Source: Coriobacteriia bacterium
Lineage (GTDB): Bacteria; Actinomycetota; Coriobacteriia; Anaerosomatales; JAGXFU01
Length of the DNA: 53,269 bases
Assembly: GCA_041739935.1 (NCBI GenBank)
Contig: JBGSMX010000007.1
Span: forward strand, 1-53,269
Reading direction: 5' to 3'
Shown: in pieces, positions 17,357 through 26,483 of the stretch
Layout: each line of letters opens with the position of its first letter
How positions within the stretch are numbered: the stretch's first letter is position 1
Made by a program: the position numbers and the translations under genes
The notes under the pieces: model-generated
Told to the model about the DNA's origin: nothing
The model's database searches: none
The model's input: the letters and a program-made list of their open reading frames with translations, nothing else

Positions 17357-18649
17357 ATGCTCGTGGAGATCCTTCTTCCTATGCTAGGTCTGGGCCTCGT
17401 CACCAGCTTCCACTGTGTCGCCATGTGCGGCGCGCTGGTCGTCACCTATGCAGTCAAGGACGGCCCGACTGGCTCCGTGTGGCATCGGTTGACGCCACAC
17501 CTGACGTACCAATCGGCGAAGATAGCGAGCTACGTCGTCGTGGGATTGGTGCTGGGCGCCATCGGTGCGGCGTTCGATCTGGCCGGGATTCGCGGATGGG
17601 TGATGCTCGCGGCGGGTCTGTTCATGATCTTGCTGGGAATCAACATGACCGGGCATTTCCCGTTGCTTCGCAAGCTGACGCTCAAGCCACCCAAGGCGCT
17701 CGTGCGCGCGCTGTCAACGAACCGAAAGAAGGCGCGCGCTCAGGCACTCGAAGGGCGAACATCTCTCACAACGCCACTGGTGTTCGGTCTGCTCACAGGT
17801 CTCATGCCGTGTGGGCCCCTCCAGGCAGCCCAACTTACGGCCGCAGGTACCGGCAGCGCGGCGACCGGGGCGATTGCGATGCTTGGCTTTGGCCTGGGTA
17901 CCGCGCCGCTCATGATCGCGTTCGGAGTGGGCTCCGGCTACCTGGGTGAGGTCTTCAAACGGCGGATGAACTGGGTCGCGGCGGCCGTCATCATCATCCT
18001 GGGTCTCGTCCTGTTCAACCGCGGGTCGATGCTCGTGGGCTCACCCGTGACGTTCCAGTCAGCGCGGCAGATAGTCACGAGCAGTGTTGCACCGGCAGCC
18101 GAGCCTGCCGAGTTTCGCACCGCGGCCGATGGCGTGGCGGAGATCGATCTGGTAATCGAGAACACCAGGTTCGTTCCCGAGACTGTCAACATCCCCGCCG
18201 ACACGCCGGTGCGAATCATCGTGGATAGGCGCGAGGACAACACGTGTTCGGACCAGCTGGCCATTCCGCAGGCCGGAGTGCTTGCGGATCTCGCGCCATT
18301 CTCTACCACAGCTGTGGACGTCCCGCCGCTCAGCGAGGGAACGTACACCCTCACATGCGGAATGGGGATGATGTCGGGGCGCGTCATCGCCGGGGCCTCG
18401 ACAGGCGGCGTTGCGGGTAGTCCGCTGCTCGGCCTGGGAATCGCTGCCGTGATTCTGGGTGCAGCGGGTTATGCGCTCACAAGGCGGGAGAGTCCGCGCA
18501 GTCGGGAGGTATGCCCCGCTCCCGCTGGTTCGCCCGCGGCCGGTACGGGTAGGACGATTCTTGGGTTCAGCCCTGCCGAGCTGTTGGTTGTGTGCGGCGT
18601 TATCGCGGCGGCAGTGATCGCGGGATTGGCGCTCGGTGGAGTTTTCTGA
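17357..18649 (+). CDS. DsbD_2/UreH-like polytopic membrane protein fused to a cupredoxin_1-like domain and C-terminal TM helices
   Basis: 430 aa. The N-terminal SFHCVAMCG motif and a later LMPCGP are typical of the DsbD_2 (COG2836) family. Residues ~260-345 (AEIDLVIENTRFVPETVNIPADTPVRIIVDRRED...YTLTCGMGMMSGRVI) match the cupredoxin-like domain common next to copA. Confidence 0.7.
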   Translation: MLVEILLPMLGLGLVTSFHCVAMCGALVVTYAVKDGPTGSVWHRLTPHLTYQSAKIASYVVVGLVLGAIGAAFDLAGIRGWVMLAAGLFMILLGINMTGHFPLLRKLTLKPPKALVRALSTNRKKARAQALEGRTSLTTPLVFGLLTGLMPCGPLQAAQLTAAGTGSAATGAIAMLGFGLGTAPLMIAFGVGSGYLGEVFKRRMNWVAAAVIIILGLVLFNRGSMLVGSPVTFQSARQIVTSSVAPAAEPAEFRTAADGVAEIDLVIENTRFVPETVNIPADTPVRIIVDRREDNTCSDQLAIPQAGVLADLAPFSTTAVDVPPLSEGTYTLTCGMGMMSGRVIAGASTGGVAGSPLLGLGIAAVILGAAGYALTRRESPRSREVCPAPAGSPAAGTGRTILGFSPAELLVVCGVIAAAVIAGLALGGVF

Positions 18650-18665
18650 CAGATGGCGGGTTAAC

Positions 18666-18681
18666 TGGCACATCGTTCGCA
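18666..18681 (+). promoter_or_regulatory. Sigma-54 (-24/-12) promoter, near-identical to the one at 16928
   Basis: TGGCACATCGTTCGCA matches 14 of 16 positions of the 16928 motif, with conserved GG/GC spacing. It starts 17 nt after the preceding stop and ends 38 nt before the copZ ATG (RBS GGAGGAGAGG). Confidence 0.7.
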
Positions 18682-18718
18682 TTTAGCGGATTGAAGCACA
18701 CGGAGGAGAGGCAAGAGC

Positions 18719-18931
18719 ATGGCTGTTGAGGAGAGAGTACTCAAGACGACCGGGATGCACTGCCGTTCGTGCTCGATGTTGGTGGATATGACCGTGGGCG
18801 ATCTCGAGGGTGTTCAAAGCGTCGAGACCGACTACGTCACCGGCGACACCAAGCTGAAGTTCGACCCTGATGCGGTCTCAGTCGGCGAGATCATCAACGC
18901 GATTCGTTCGGCCGGATACGACGCCGAGTAG
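18719..18931 (+). CDS. copZ: Heavy-metal-associated (HMA) copper chaperone
   Basis: 70 aa with GMHCRSC (MxCxxC) near the N-terminus and ferredoxin-like HMA length. Confidence 0.85.
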   Translation: MAVEERVLKTTGMHCRSCSMLVDMTVGDLEGVQSVETDYVTGDTKLKFDPDAVSVGEIINAIRSAGYDAE

Positions 18932-18978
18932 CGCCACCGGTACAGTGCAGTCAAATCCTGCGAAAGGAACCCGACACA

Positions 18979-19503
18979 ATGAGTGAGACGACGACATACA
19001 TGACCTCGAACCGCACGAAGTACATTCTGGTGGCGGTAATCGTGGTACTCGCGTTCTTCGCCGCCTATGGCATCGCCTCGGGCCGCTCGTCGAGCGCGGC
19101 AAACGCATCCGCTCCCGCCACAACCGCCGGCACGCCTGTGGCATGCGATCCCGCTGCTGCCGCCGGAACGTCGGAGTGTGGCGGTTCGTGCTGTGGCACG
19201 GGCGGCGAGGCGGTCGAGAACTCGGGTTCGGCGGTGGTCGAAGGCGACGTGCAAAGGATCTCGATCGATGTCTCGGCCGGTTACTTCGATCCGAGCATCA
19301 TCGTGGTGAAGGCCGGCGTACCGGTGGAAATCACATTTGGCGAGGGCACCGGATGCATGGCCGAGGTCATGTTCAAGGACTTCGCGGTATTCGAGGACCT
19401 CACCGAAGGCGGTGCTGTCGTCAGTCTGCCCGCGCTCGAGCCCGGCGAGTACGAGTTCTCGTGCGGCATGGAGATGGTATTCGGGACTGTCGTCGCCCAA
19501 TAG
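18979..19503 (+). CDS. Membrane-anchored Cys-rich cupredoxin_1-like protein
   Basis: 174 aa. An N-terminal TM is followed by the Cys cluster ACDPAAAAGTSECGGSCCGTGG. The cupredoxin-like block (ISIDVSAGYFDPSIIVVKAGVPVEITF...YEFSCGMEMVFGTVV) is paralogous to the C-domain of 17357..18649. Confidence 0.65.
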   Translation: MSETTTYMTSNRTKYILVAVIVVLAFFAAYGIASGRSSSAANASAPATTAGTPVACDPAAAAGTSECGGSCCGTGGEAVENSGSAVVEGDVQRISIDVSAGYFDPSIIVVKAGVPVEITFGEGTGCMAEVMFKDFAVFEDLTEGGAVVSLPALEPGEYEFSCGMEMVFGTVVAQ

Positions 19504-19524
19504 CGCGCACGTGCGCCCGAACCC

Positions 19525-19555
19525 GGGGGTCCGTGCCGCAAGCGGCCGGGCCCCC
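19525..19555 (+). other. Strong GC hairpin in the 109-nt spacer upstream of copA (possible attenuator or partial terminator)
   Basis: GGGGGTCCG(T)GCCGC-AA-GCGGCCGGGCCCCC is followed by TTCACATAGGTTTCTCG. It is preceded by the 12-bp perfect palindrome GCGCACGTGCGC (19505..19516). Confidence 0.4.
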
Positions 19556-19612
19556 TTCACATAGGTTTCTCGTCCGCCCCACGACAGGCGGGCGTAGATT
19601 GGGAGTGAAATC

Positions 19613-22246
19613 ATGAACGACTCCACGACTGCGGCGAGAACCGCAGACGACGAATCGATTGCAGCCGAATCCGAGGCCGTGTTCGCTGTCACCGGAATGA
19701 CGTGTGCCTCGTGCTCCGCCATCATCGAGAAGACCCTCGGTAAGACAGAGGGGGTCGACACGGCCAACGTGAACCTCGCTGCCGAGAAGCTCACCGTGCG
19801 CTACGACCCGGCGCTGATCGACATAGACGCGATAGTAGGCGCGGTCGAAGGGGTCGGGTACGGCGCTTCTCCGATGTCTGCAGCGCATCCTGCTGAGATC
19901 AAGGCCGGCCGTATCACCCTGGCCGTCACAGGTATGACGTGCGCTTCGTGCTCTGCGGTCGTGGAAAAGACACTGGGTAGGCTCACCGGGGTGTCCTCGG
20001 CAGCTGTCAATCTCGCCAACGAGACGGCGACGGTCGAATTCGACCCAACGCTGCTCGGGCCCGACGAGCTGATTGCGGCAGTCAAGAACGCCGGCTACCA
20101 GGCAAGCGTGCTACCCGGCGTCTCCGGCTCGGTCGCGGCGGATTCGGGAGACGCGCAGCGCGAGGCGCAGCGTGCGTACTACAGGCACCAGCGCAACCTA
20201 CTCATCTTTGCTGCGTCGCTTTCGATCCCGCTGTTTCTGATAGCGATGGTTCCGCCGTTCATGGAACTCGTGCCCATGTGGGTGGCCTCATGGTTCGGCA
20301 TCATGGACGAGGAAGGCGTGATGCAGGTCCACAAGTACCTGATGCTGCTCATGGCCGCGCCGGTTCAGTTCTATGCAGGTGCCCAGTACTACCGTGGTTT
20401 CTGGCATGCGATCAAGCGGCGTACAGGCAACATGGACACGCTGATCGCGATAGGCACGACCGCGGCGTTCGCGTACAGCGTCGCCGCGACGTTCTGGTTG
20501 TTCGACGAGCCCGTGTTCTACGAGACCAGCGCACTGCTCATCACGTTCGTGCTTCTGGGCAAGATGCTCGAGGCGCGAGCGAAGGGGCGCACGGGTGATG
20601 CGATCAAGAAGTTGATGGGTCTGGCCGCCAAGACCGCTCGCGTGGTCAGAGGCGGAGAGAGCATCGACATCCCGGTCGAGCAGGTCGTAGTGGGTGACAT
20701 CGTGGTGGTCCGTCCGGGCGAGAAGGTGCCGGTCGACGGCGTCATTATCGACGGCTCGTCGGCCGTGGACGAATCGATGCTCACGGGCGAATCGATTCCG
20801 GTGGAGAAGAACGCATCAGACACCGTTATCGGCGCGACCATCAACAGACTCGGCAGTTTCCGTTTCCGGGCCACGAAGGTCGGCTCGGATACTGCGCTGG
20901 CTCAGATCATCCGACTCGTTGAGGAAGCGCAGGGTTCGAAGGCGCCGGTCCAGAGGTTCGCGGACCGGATCAGCGCGGTGTTCGTTCCCACAGTCGTCTC
21001 GATCGCCTTCGGCACGTTCCTGTTCTGGTACTTCGCAGGACCGGCGATCTTTGGCGCTGTCCCCGATCCATCGCAGTACGCAACCATTCTGCATCCGATT
21101 CTCGAGGCAGCCGCAGCGAGTGGGTGGTTCGTCGCCGCGCTGCTCGCGGGTACCGCCACCGTTGTGATCGCGTGCCCGTGTGCGCTGGGGCTGGCAACTC
21201 CCACGGCCATCATGGTCGGGACCGGCAAGGGCGCTGAGAACGGCGTCCTCATCAAGAGCGGGGAAGCACTCGAGACCGCTCATGCGATCGACGCGATCGT
21301 TTTCGACAAGACCGGAACCCTCACTCATGGCGAGCCGGTCGTCACCGATGTTGTCGCTCTGAATGGATACGACCCCGATCGAGTCCTGTTGTTGGCCGCC
21401 TCGCTTGAGCAGGGCAGCGAGCATCCGCTCGCAGAGGCTATCGTCAACGGCGCGAAAGAGCGCGGACTCGGCCTTTCGCAGGCGACGGAGTTCCTCGCAG
21501 TCCCCGGGCACGGCGTCGAGGGTACCGTCGAAGGCACCCGCGTGGCGCTTGGCAATCGCAAACTCATGCTCCGCGAAGGCGTGGATCTCAGCGACCGCGA
21601 GGAGCAGATCTCGCGCATGGAGAGCGAGGGCAAGACCGTGATGGTGGTTGCGCTCGACGGCGCTGGCGCGGCCGGGCTGATCGCGGTGGCGGACACCATC
21701 AAGGAGAATTCCGGGGCCGCCGTTGCGCGGCTGTCCCAGATGGGCATCGCGGTCTACATGATCACGGGAGACAACCGGCGCACTGCCGAGGCTGTCGCCC
21801 GGGTTGCGGGTATCCCTACCGACCACGTCTTGGCCGAGGTTCTGCCCGAGCACAAGGCCGAGGAAGTCGCAAAGCTGCAGGCGGGCGGTCTGAAGGTCGG
21901 TATGGTCGGCGATGGCATCAACGACACGCCGGCACTGGCCCAGGCCGATGTGGGTGTTGCCATGGGTACCGGCGCCGATGTTGCCGTCGAGACCGGGGGC
22001 GTCGTTCTCATTCGCGATGATCTGCGCGATGTAGTGGGCGCCATCGAGCTTTCCCGGGCTACGATGCGAAAGATACGGGCGAACTTCTTCTGGGCGCTCG
22101 GCTACAATTCGCTGGGCATTCCTGTCGCCGCGTTAGGTCTTCTGTCCCAGGTCCCGTGGATAGCAGGGGCAGCGATGGCATTCTCGAGCGTGAGTGTGGT
22201 GACCAATTCACTGCTGCTGCGCAGGTTCAGGCCGACCCTACGGTAG
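19613..22246 (+). CDS. copA: Copper-translocating P1B-type ATPase with two N-terminal HMA domains
   Basis: 877 aa. GMTCASC occurs twice. The CPC motif ([11 protein letters not shown]), the DKTGTLT phosphorylation site, and the TGDN and [10 protein letters not shown] motifs are present. Confidence 0.95.
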   Translation: MNDSTTAARTADDESIAAESEAVFAVTGMTCASCSAIIEKTLGKTEGVDTANVNLAAEKLTVRYDPALIDIDAIVGAVEGVGYGASPMSAAHPAEIKAGRITLAVTGMTCASCSAVVEKTLGRLTGVSSAAVNLANETATVEFDPTLLGPDELIAAVKNAGYQASVLPGVSGSVAADSGDAQREAQRAYYRHQRNLLIFAASLSIPLFLIAMVPPFMELVPMWVASWFGIMDEEGVMQVHKYLMLLMAAPVQFYAGAQYYRGFWHAIKRRTGNMDTLIAIGTTAAFAYSVAATFWLFDEPVFYETSALLITFVLLGKMLEARAKGRTGDAIKKLMGLAAKTARVVRGGESIDIPVEQVVVGDIVVVRPGEKVPVDGVIIDGSSAVDESMLTGESIPVEKNASDTVIGATINRLGSFRFRATKVGSDTALAQIIRLVEEAQGSKAPVQRFADRISAVFVPTVVSIAFGTFLFWYFAGPAIFGAVPDPSQYATILHPILEAAAASGWFVAALLAGTATVVIACPCALGLATPTAIMVGTGKGAENGVLIKSGEALETAHAIDAIVFDKTGTLTHGEPVVTDVVALNGYDPDRVLLLAASLEQGSEHPLAEAIVNGAKERGLGLSQATEFLAVPGHGVEGTVEGTRVALGNRKLMLREGVDLSDREEQISRMESEGKTVMVVALDGAGAAGLIAVADTIKENSGAAVARLSQMGIAVYMITGDNRRTAEAVARVAGIPTDHVLAEVLPEHKAEEVAKLQAGGLKVGMVGDGINDTPALAQADVGVAMGTGADVAVETGGVVLIRDDLRDVVGAIELSRATMRKIRANFFWALGYNSLGIPVAALGLLSQVPWIAGAAMAFSSVSVVTNSLLLRRFRPTLR

Positions 22247-22261
22247 TGGCTGGCAAGAGCC

Positions 22262-22290
22262 TTGCGGTGGGATACCCCAGGGGGTATAGT
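22262..22290 (+). promoter_or_regulatory. Sigma-70-type promoter of ccdA with an embedded CsoR-family operator
   Basis: TTGCGG (22262..22267), a 17-nt spacer, then TATAGT (22285..22290). The operator ATACCCCAGGGGGTAT (22272..22287) lies in the spacer and overlaps the -10. Confidence 0.65.
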
Positions 22291-22292
22291 GT

Positions 22293-22326
22293 GAGACCCC
22301 GGAGCTTGCGGGTTTGCCGGGGTCTC
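22293..22326 (+). other. 10-bp stem hairpin at the predicted 5' end of the ccdA transcript / 3' of copA
   Basis: GAGACCCCGG-N14-CCGGGGTCTC, with no clear T-tract afterwards. Confidence 0.4.
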
Positions 22327-22395
22327 GTGTTGCGAGCGGTTAGAATGGCTGCTACGCGAGGAAGGTGAGTTCACTGGAATCAGGAGGGTCTGCGC

Positions 22396-23121
22396 ATGAG
22401 TGAGTCGATTGGCATCGTCGCGGCGTTTCTTGCCGGCGTCATGTCGTTTCTCTCGCCCTGCGTGATTCCTCTGATTCCGGCTTACCTGTCCTTCATCACC
22501 GGCTTCACGCCCGCTGAGCTTTCTGACAAGAAGCTCGGCATCAAGGCAGTGCTCGTGCCAAGCCTGCTCTTTGTTGCCGGTTTCTCCTTCGTGTTCGTCG
22601 CGCTGGGAGCTTCTGCGTCCGTACTCGGTGGGTTCTTCTCCGAGTATCGCGAGTTGCTCGTTCAGCTCTCCGGGATCCTCGTTTTTGTGCTGGGATTCTT
22701 CATGCTCGGTGTGATCAAGGTGCCGTGGTTGTACGGCGAGGCGAGATTCGAGATGGGCAAGGCCCGCTCGTTCGGGCGCGCGGCGGCGTTCGTCGTAGGG
22801 GCGGCGTTCGCCTTCGGCTGGACGCCGTGCGTCGGCCCTATCCTCGGCTCGATACTCGCTCTGGCGGGGTCGACCGGAAGCGTGGCGCAAGGCGCGCTGC
22901 TGCTGTTGGCCTACTCGCTCGGTCTCGGCGTGCCGTTCATCTTGACAGCACTTCTGTTCGGGAAGCTGCGTACCACGCTGGGCTGGCTCAATCGCCATGC
23001 TCTGATCATTAACCGGGTTGCCGGCGTCTTGCTCATGACGGTCGGCGTGCTGATCTTCTCCGGTCAGCTCGGTCGCCTGGCCGGCTGGCTCACGTCTGTA
23101 CTGCCGTCCATCGAGCTCTAG
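22396..23121 (+). CDS. ccdA: Cytochrome c biogenesis / thiol-disulfide transmembrane electron transporter CcdA (DsbD family)
   Basis: 241 aa, six TM segments. The conserved motifs FLSPCVIPLIPAYL and WTPCVGPILG carry the two essential Cys. Confidence 0.9.
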   Translation: MSESIGIVAAFLAGVMSFLSPCVIPLIPAYLSFITGFTPAELSDKKLGIKAVLVPSLLFVAGFSFVFVALGASASVLGGFFSEYRELLVQLSGILVFVLGFFMLGVIKVPWLYGEARFEMGKARSFGRAAAFVVGAAFAFGWTPCVGPILGSILALAGSTGSVAQGALLLLAYSLGLGVPFILTALLFGKLRTTLGWLNRHALIINRVAGVLLMTVGVLIFSGQLGRLAGWLTSVLPSIEL

Positions 23122-23243
23122 CGACGCGAGAATCACGCGCCCGCTGCGCCCGCGTGTGCGCCGCGCTTTGTGGTCACCCGTGTGCTGCACTACGATAGAG
23201 TCGCGCGGCACCCGGGTCCGCGATCCCTTTCGAAGGGCTGTCG

Positions 23244-26200
23244 ATGGCGCGTGAGACCAGGAGCGATTCGCTCGCATCCAACATGATGGTCCTCACGCTG
23301 ATGCTCGTCACCGTGTCGGTCACGATCATCAGTCTTGCCGCATTGGCCGGAGTCTACGATCTCGCCCGTGATCAGGTTGCAGTGAGTCATCAGGCCGTCC
23401 GCGAGGTCTTCTCCGTCGAGGTTGACAGTCGTCTGGCTGCCTCGACCCGTGTTCTCGATGCCGCATCGGCCATTCTGATCGACCCGAGTGCAGAGGCCGT
23501 GGATCGCAAGGCGCTCGCCCTCCAGTTCGACGCCGGGATCGAGTACATCGATCAGCTCATCGTTGCGAACGAGGATGGGACGACTGTCGCTGCATATCCC
23601 GCGCTCGAGGCTGGAACCACGGTGGCCGACCTGCCGGTCTACAAGGCGGGGGTCACGGACGTTACGAGTTTCTACTACGACGAGGTCGACTCCGACGAGA
23701 GCCTCTGGGTGTGTCGGGCCGTTGAAGGGCCGCTCGGCGAGCAGATAGTCCTGGCGCGCGTTCGCACGACGTTTCTGGATCTGCTCGTGCGTGAGTTTTC
23801 CTCGACGACGGACCGTCGGATCGTATCGATAGTAGATGCCGGGGATCGCGTGCTGTATTCCGGCGCCTCGGACGTGGCGGTGGTCGCTGACAGCATCGAG
23901 TTCTCGCCCGATGACGGAGCCGAGGCGGGCGCGGTCAATGCGCTCACCACGGAGGGCTCGGTCATGTGGGGTCAGTACGCCGGGCTGCGCTCCTATCCGG
24001 GGATCGACTGGCGCCTTCTCGTGATCGAGCCGCGTGCGACCATGGTGGAATCGACGTGGCGCGCCCTGACGCCGGCGGTGATCGCCCTGCTCATGACCGG
24101 TGTGATCTCCTTCAGCCTGGCTGCGCTGTTCGCGCGGCGGTTGGTCGCGCCGCTCCGATCGCTGGAATCTCACGCACTTGAAGCGGTGTCCGGGGCGTAC
24201 GTGCCGCCCATCCGTACCGATCGCCGTGATGAGGTCGGACGCCTTGCCGAGGCGTTCAACGCCCTCGCGCTGAGGCTCAACGCGCTGCAGGACCTCTCGC
24301 AGCTCCTCGCCAGTTCATCGAGCCTCGACCAGGTACTCGACGGTATCCTCTCGGCGATGGGCCATATCGTGGGCACGACGAACATCGCCGTGCTGCTCGT
24401 CGACGACTCGCGCACTCATCTGATTGTGGCCCGAAGCAGGGGCGTGACGGACGCTGACGATCTCGTGATCCCGCTGCGCGGACACAACTGGCTGTCACAG
24501 GCGCTGGAGTCAACGGGCCCCGCGACGTTTTCGGGCATGCGTGAGGACATGTTGCGGGCGCTGCCGGGCATCGCCGGCACCGGTACCGTGTCCGGTCTCG
24601 TCGCGCCTCTCCAGGCGGGCACAGAGCCTCTGGGCATCATCATCGTCATCCAACGAGACGAGCGCCTGTTCTCCCAGGCTGAGATGGAGATGGTGCGCAC
24701 GTTCTCTGCGCAGGCCGCTGTAGCCGTCTACAACTCGCGGCTCTTCGAGATCGAGTCCGCATCGCGTCGCGAGGCCGAAGCTATGCGCACGGTCGCCGAG
24801 GCGCTCGCCAACCCGCTCGATTTGCAGCGTTCGTTCGATACGGTCATGCAGATCACTTTGAGGCTGTTCGCGGTCGCTTCCGCGACGATCGCATTCATGG
24901 ACCGCCCGGCTCTGGGGCTTCCTCCTGCCGAGGACATCATGACCGAGCGTCTGCTGCTCTCGGCATGGAGGGCGGGCTGGGCCACCGGCGACGGCGACCT
25001 CGTGACCCGGGTGTCGCCGGGAGATGACCCCCTGATCGACCGCTACCTTGAGTCCAGACATGCGAGCGAGGCGCTTTTCCTCACGGTAATGCGAGCGGAG
25101 CACCCGTGCGCTGTGGTCTCACTCGAGATAGACAGACCGGGACGTATGTTCACGGCGCACGAGCGCAGCCTGGCGTACGCGCTCGGCAAGCAGCTCGCCC
25201 TTGCACTCGACAATGCGTTTCACTACTCAGAGGCGCGCCTGCGTGCGGCCAACCTCGAGACGATCTTTCGCATCAGTCAGGCGGTGAGCTCCTCACTGCA
25301 GATCAAAGTCGTGCTCAATCGGGTTCTCGATGTGGTACAGAAGATCTTCTCGGCGGACACCGTTTCGCTCATGCAGTTCGACGACGCCACAAAGACCGTC
25401 GAGACAGCGATGGCACGCGGGATCATCTCGACCGAGATGCTGCATTTTACCTGCTTACCGGGCCAGGACGTACCGGGCCGGGTCTTCGAAGCGGGCGAAC
25501 CGATCAAGGTAGACGACCTGTACGCCGTCGAGACTACGCTCGCTCAGATCGCCCTGGGCCAGGGTCTCCACTCGATGCTTGCCGTCCCGCTGCTCGCCCG
25601 CGGTCGCTCGATAGGGGTGCTGACGATCTTCTCGGCGCTGCCCTCGGCTTTCACGAGCGAGGACATGGGTCTGCTCCACACGTTCGCGTCGCAGGCGGCC
25701 CTTGCAATCGATACGGCGGCCCTTTACGGGCGAGAGCATCATGTCGCGAGCGTTCTGCAAAGCAGCATCCTTCCCAAGAGCCTGCCGGAGTATGACGAGA
25801 TCGAGTCCAGTAGCGTCTACCTACCGGCGGGCGAGGAGGTCGAGATCGGCGGGGACTACTTCGACCTTTACAAGGACACCGACGGCAAGATAGTGATGGC
25901 GATCGGTGATGTCTGCGGAAAGGGTGTCGAGGCGGCCACCAAGACCTCGATGATCAAGTACCTCGTCAGGGGTCTGGTTGCAGCGGGTCTCGACCCCGCT
26001 GCCGTTCTGAGCGAGGTCAACCGGGCGGTATCCGAATCGGGTGACACGTCCGACATCGTGACCCTATGGCTTGGCTATCTGGATCTGGAGGCCGGCTTGA
26101 TTCGCTATGCCGATGGGGGCCACCCCCCGGCAGTCATCAGGCGCGCCGAGACCGGACGCACCGAGCTACTCGAGACCACAGGGGCGCTGCTGGGTGCTAT

Positions 26201-26483
26201 GGTCAACGCCGAATACGACCAGATTGACGTGCCCTTTGGCGCTGATGACGTGCTCGTTCTCTACACCGACGGCGTTACTGAGGCCCGTCGTGGGAATAAG
26301 TTCTTTGGCGAAGGGCGTGTGAGGCGAGCTGTGGGTGCGGGTGGCAGCGCGAACGATGTAGTCGATCGGCTGCTTGGCTCTCTCGACAGATTCGTTCCGG
26401 GCGCGCTTCGCGACGACGCGGCGATTCTTGCGGTGCGTATGCGGACAAGCAGCGAGCGCGACACGGCGGCGATAGAGACATGA
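23244..26483 (+). CDS. Giant sensor PP2C (RsbU/SpoIIE-type) phosphatase: TM, Cache-like extracytoplasmic domain, TM, HAMP, multiple GAF domains, PP2C
   Basis: 1079 aa. Two TM helices flank a ~250-aa extracytoplasmic region. HAMP block (RRLVAPLRSLESH...VGRLAEAFNALA), at least two or three GAF-like repeats, and C-terminal GGDYFDLY...AIGDVCGKGVEAA...LYTDGVTEA are present. Confidence 0.85.
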   Translation: MARETRSDSLASNMMVLTLMLVTVSVTIISLAALAGVYDLARDQVAVSHQAVREVFSVEVDSRLAASTRVLDAASAILIDPSAEAVDRKALALQFDAGIEYIDQLIVANEDGTTVAAYPALEAGTTVADLPVYKAGVTDVTSFYYDEVDSDESLWVCRAVEGPLGEQIVLARVRTTFLDLLVREFSSTTDRRIVSIVDAGDRVLYSGASDVAVVADSIEFSPDDGAEAGAVNALTTEGSVMWGQYAGLRSYPGIDWRLLVIEPRATMVESTWRALTPAVIALLMTGVISFSLAALFARRLVAPLRSLESHALEAVSGAYVPPIRTDRRDEVGRLAEAFNALALRLNALQDLSQLLASSSSLDQVLDGILSAMGHIVGTTNIAVLLVDDSRTHLIVARSRGVTDADDLVIPLRGHNWLSQALESTGPATFSGMREDMLRALPGIAGTGTVSGLVAPLQAGTEPLGIIIVIQRDERLFSQAEMEMVRTFSAQAAVAVYNSRLFEIESASRREAEAMRTVAEALANPLDLQRSFDTVMQITLRLFAVASATIAFMDRPALGLPPAEDIMTERLLLSAWRAGWATGDGDLVTRVSPGDDPLIDRYLESRHASEALFLTVMRAEHPCAVVSLEIDRPGRMFTAHERSLAYALGKQLALALDNAFHYSEARLRAANLETIFRISQAVSSSLQIKVVLNRVLDVVQKIFSADTVSLMQFDDATKTVETAMARGIISTEMLHFTCLPGQDVPGRVFEAGEPIKVDDLYAVETTLAQIALGQGLHSMLAVPLLARGRSIGVLTIFSALPSAFTSEDMGLLHTFASQAALAIDTAALYGREHHVASVLQSSILPKSLPEYDEIESSSVYLPAGEEVEIGGDYFDLYKDTDGKIVMAIGDVCGKGVEAATKTSMIKYLVRGLVAAGLDPAAVLSEVNRAVSESGDTSDIVTLWLGYLDLEAGLIRYADGGHPPAVIRRAETGRTELLETTGALLGAMVNAEYDQIDVPFGADDVLVLYTDGVTEARRGNKFFGEGRVRRAVGAGGSANDVVDRLLGSLDRFVPGALRDDAAILAVRMRTSSERDTAAIET

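Noticed and set aside
22102-23277. 391-aa minus-strand ORF
   Set aside because: It is antisense to ccdA and the copA 3' end. Its composition is highly charged and Arg-rich.
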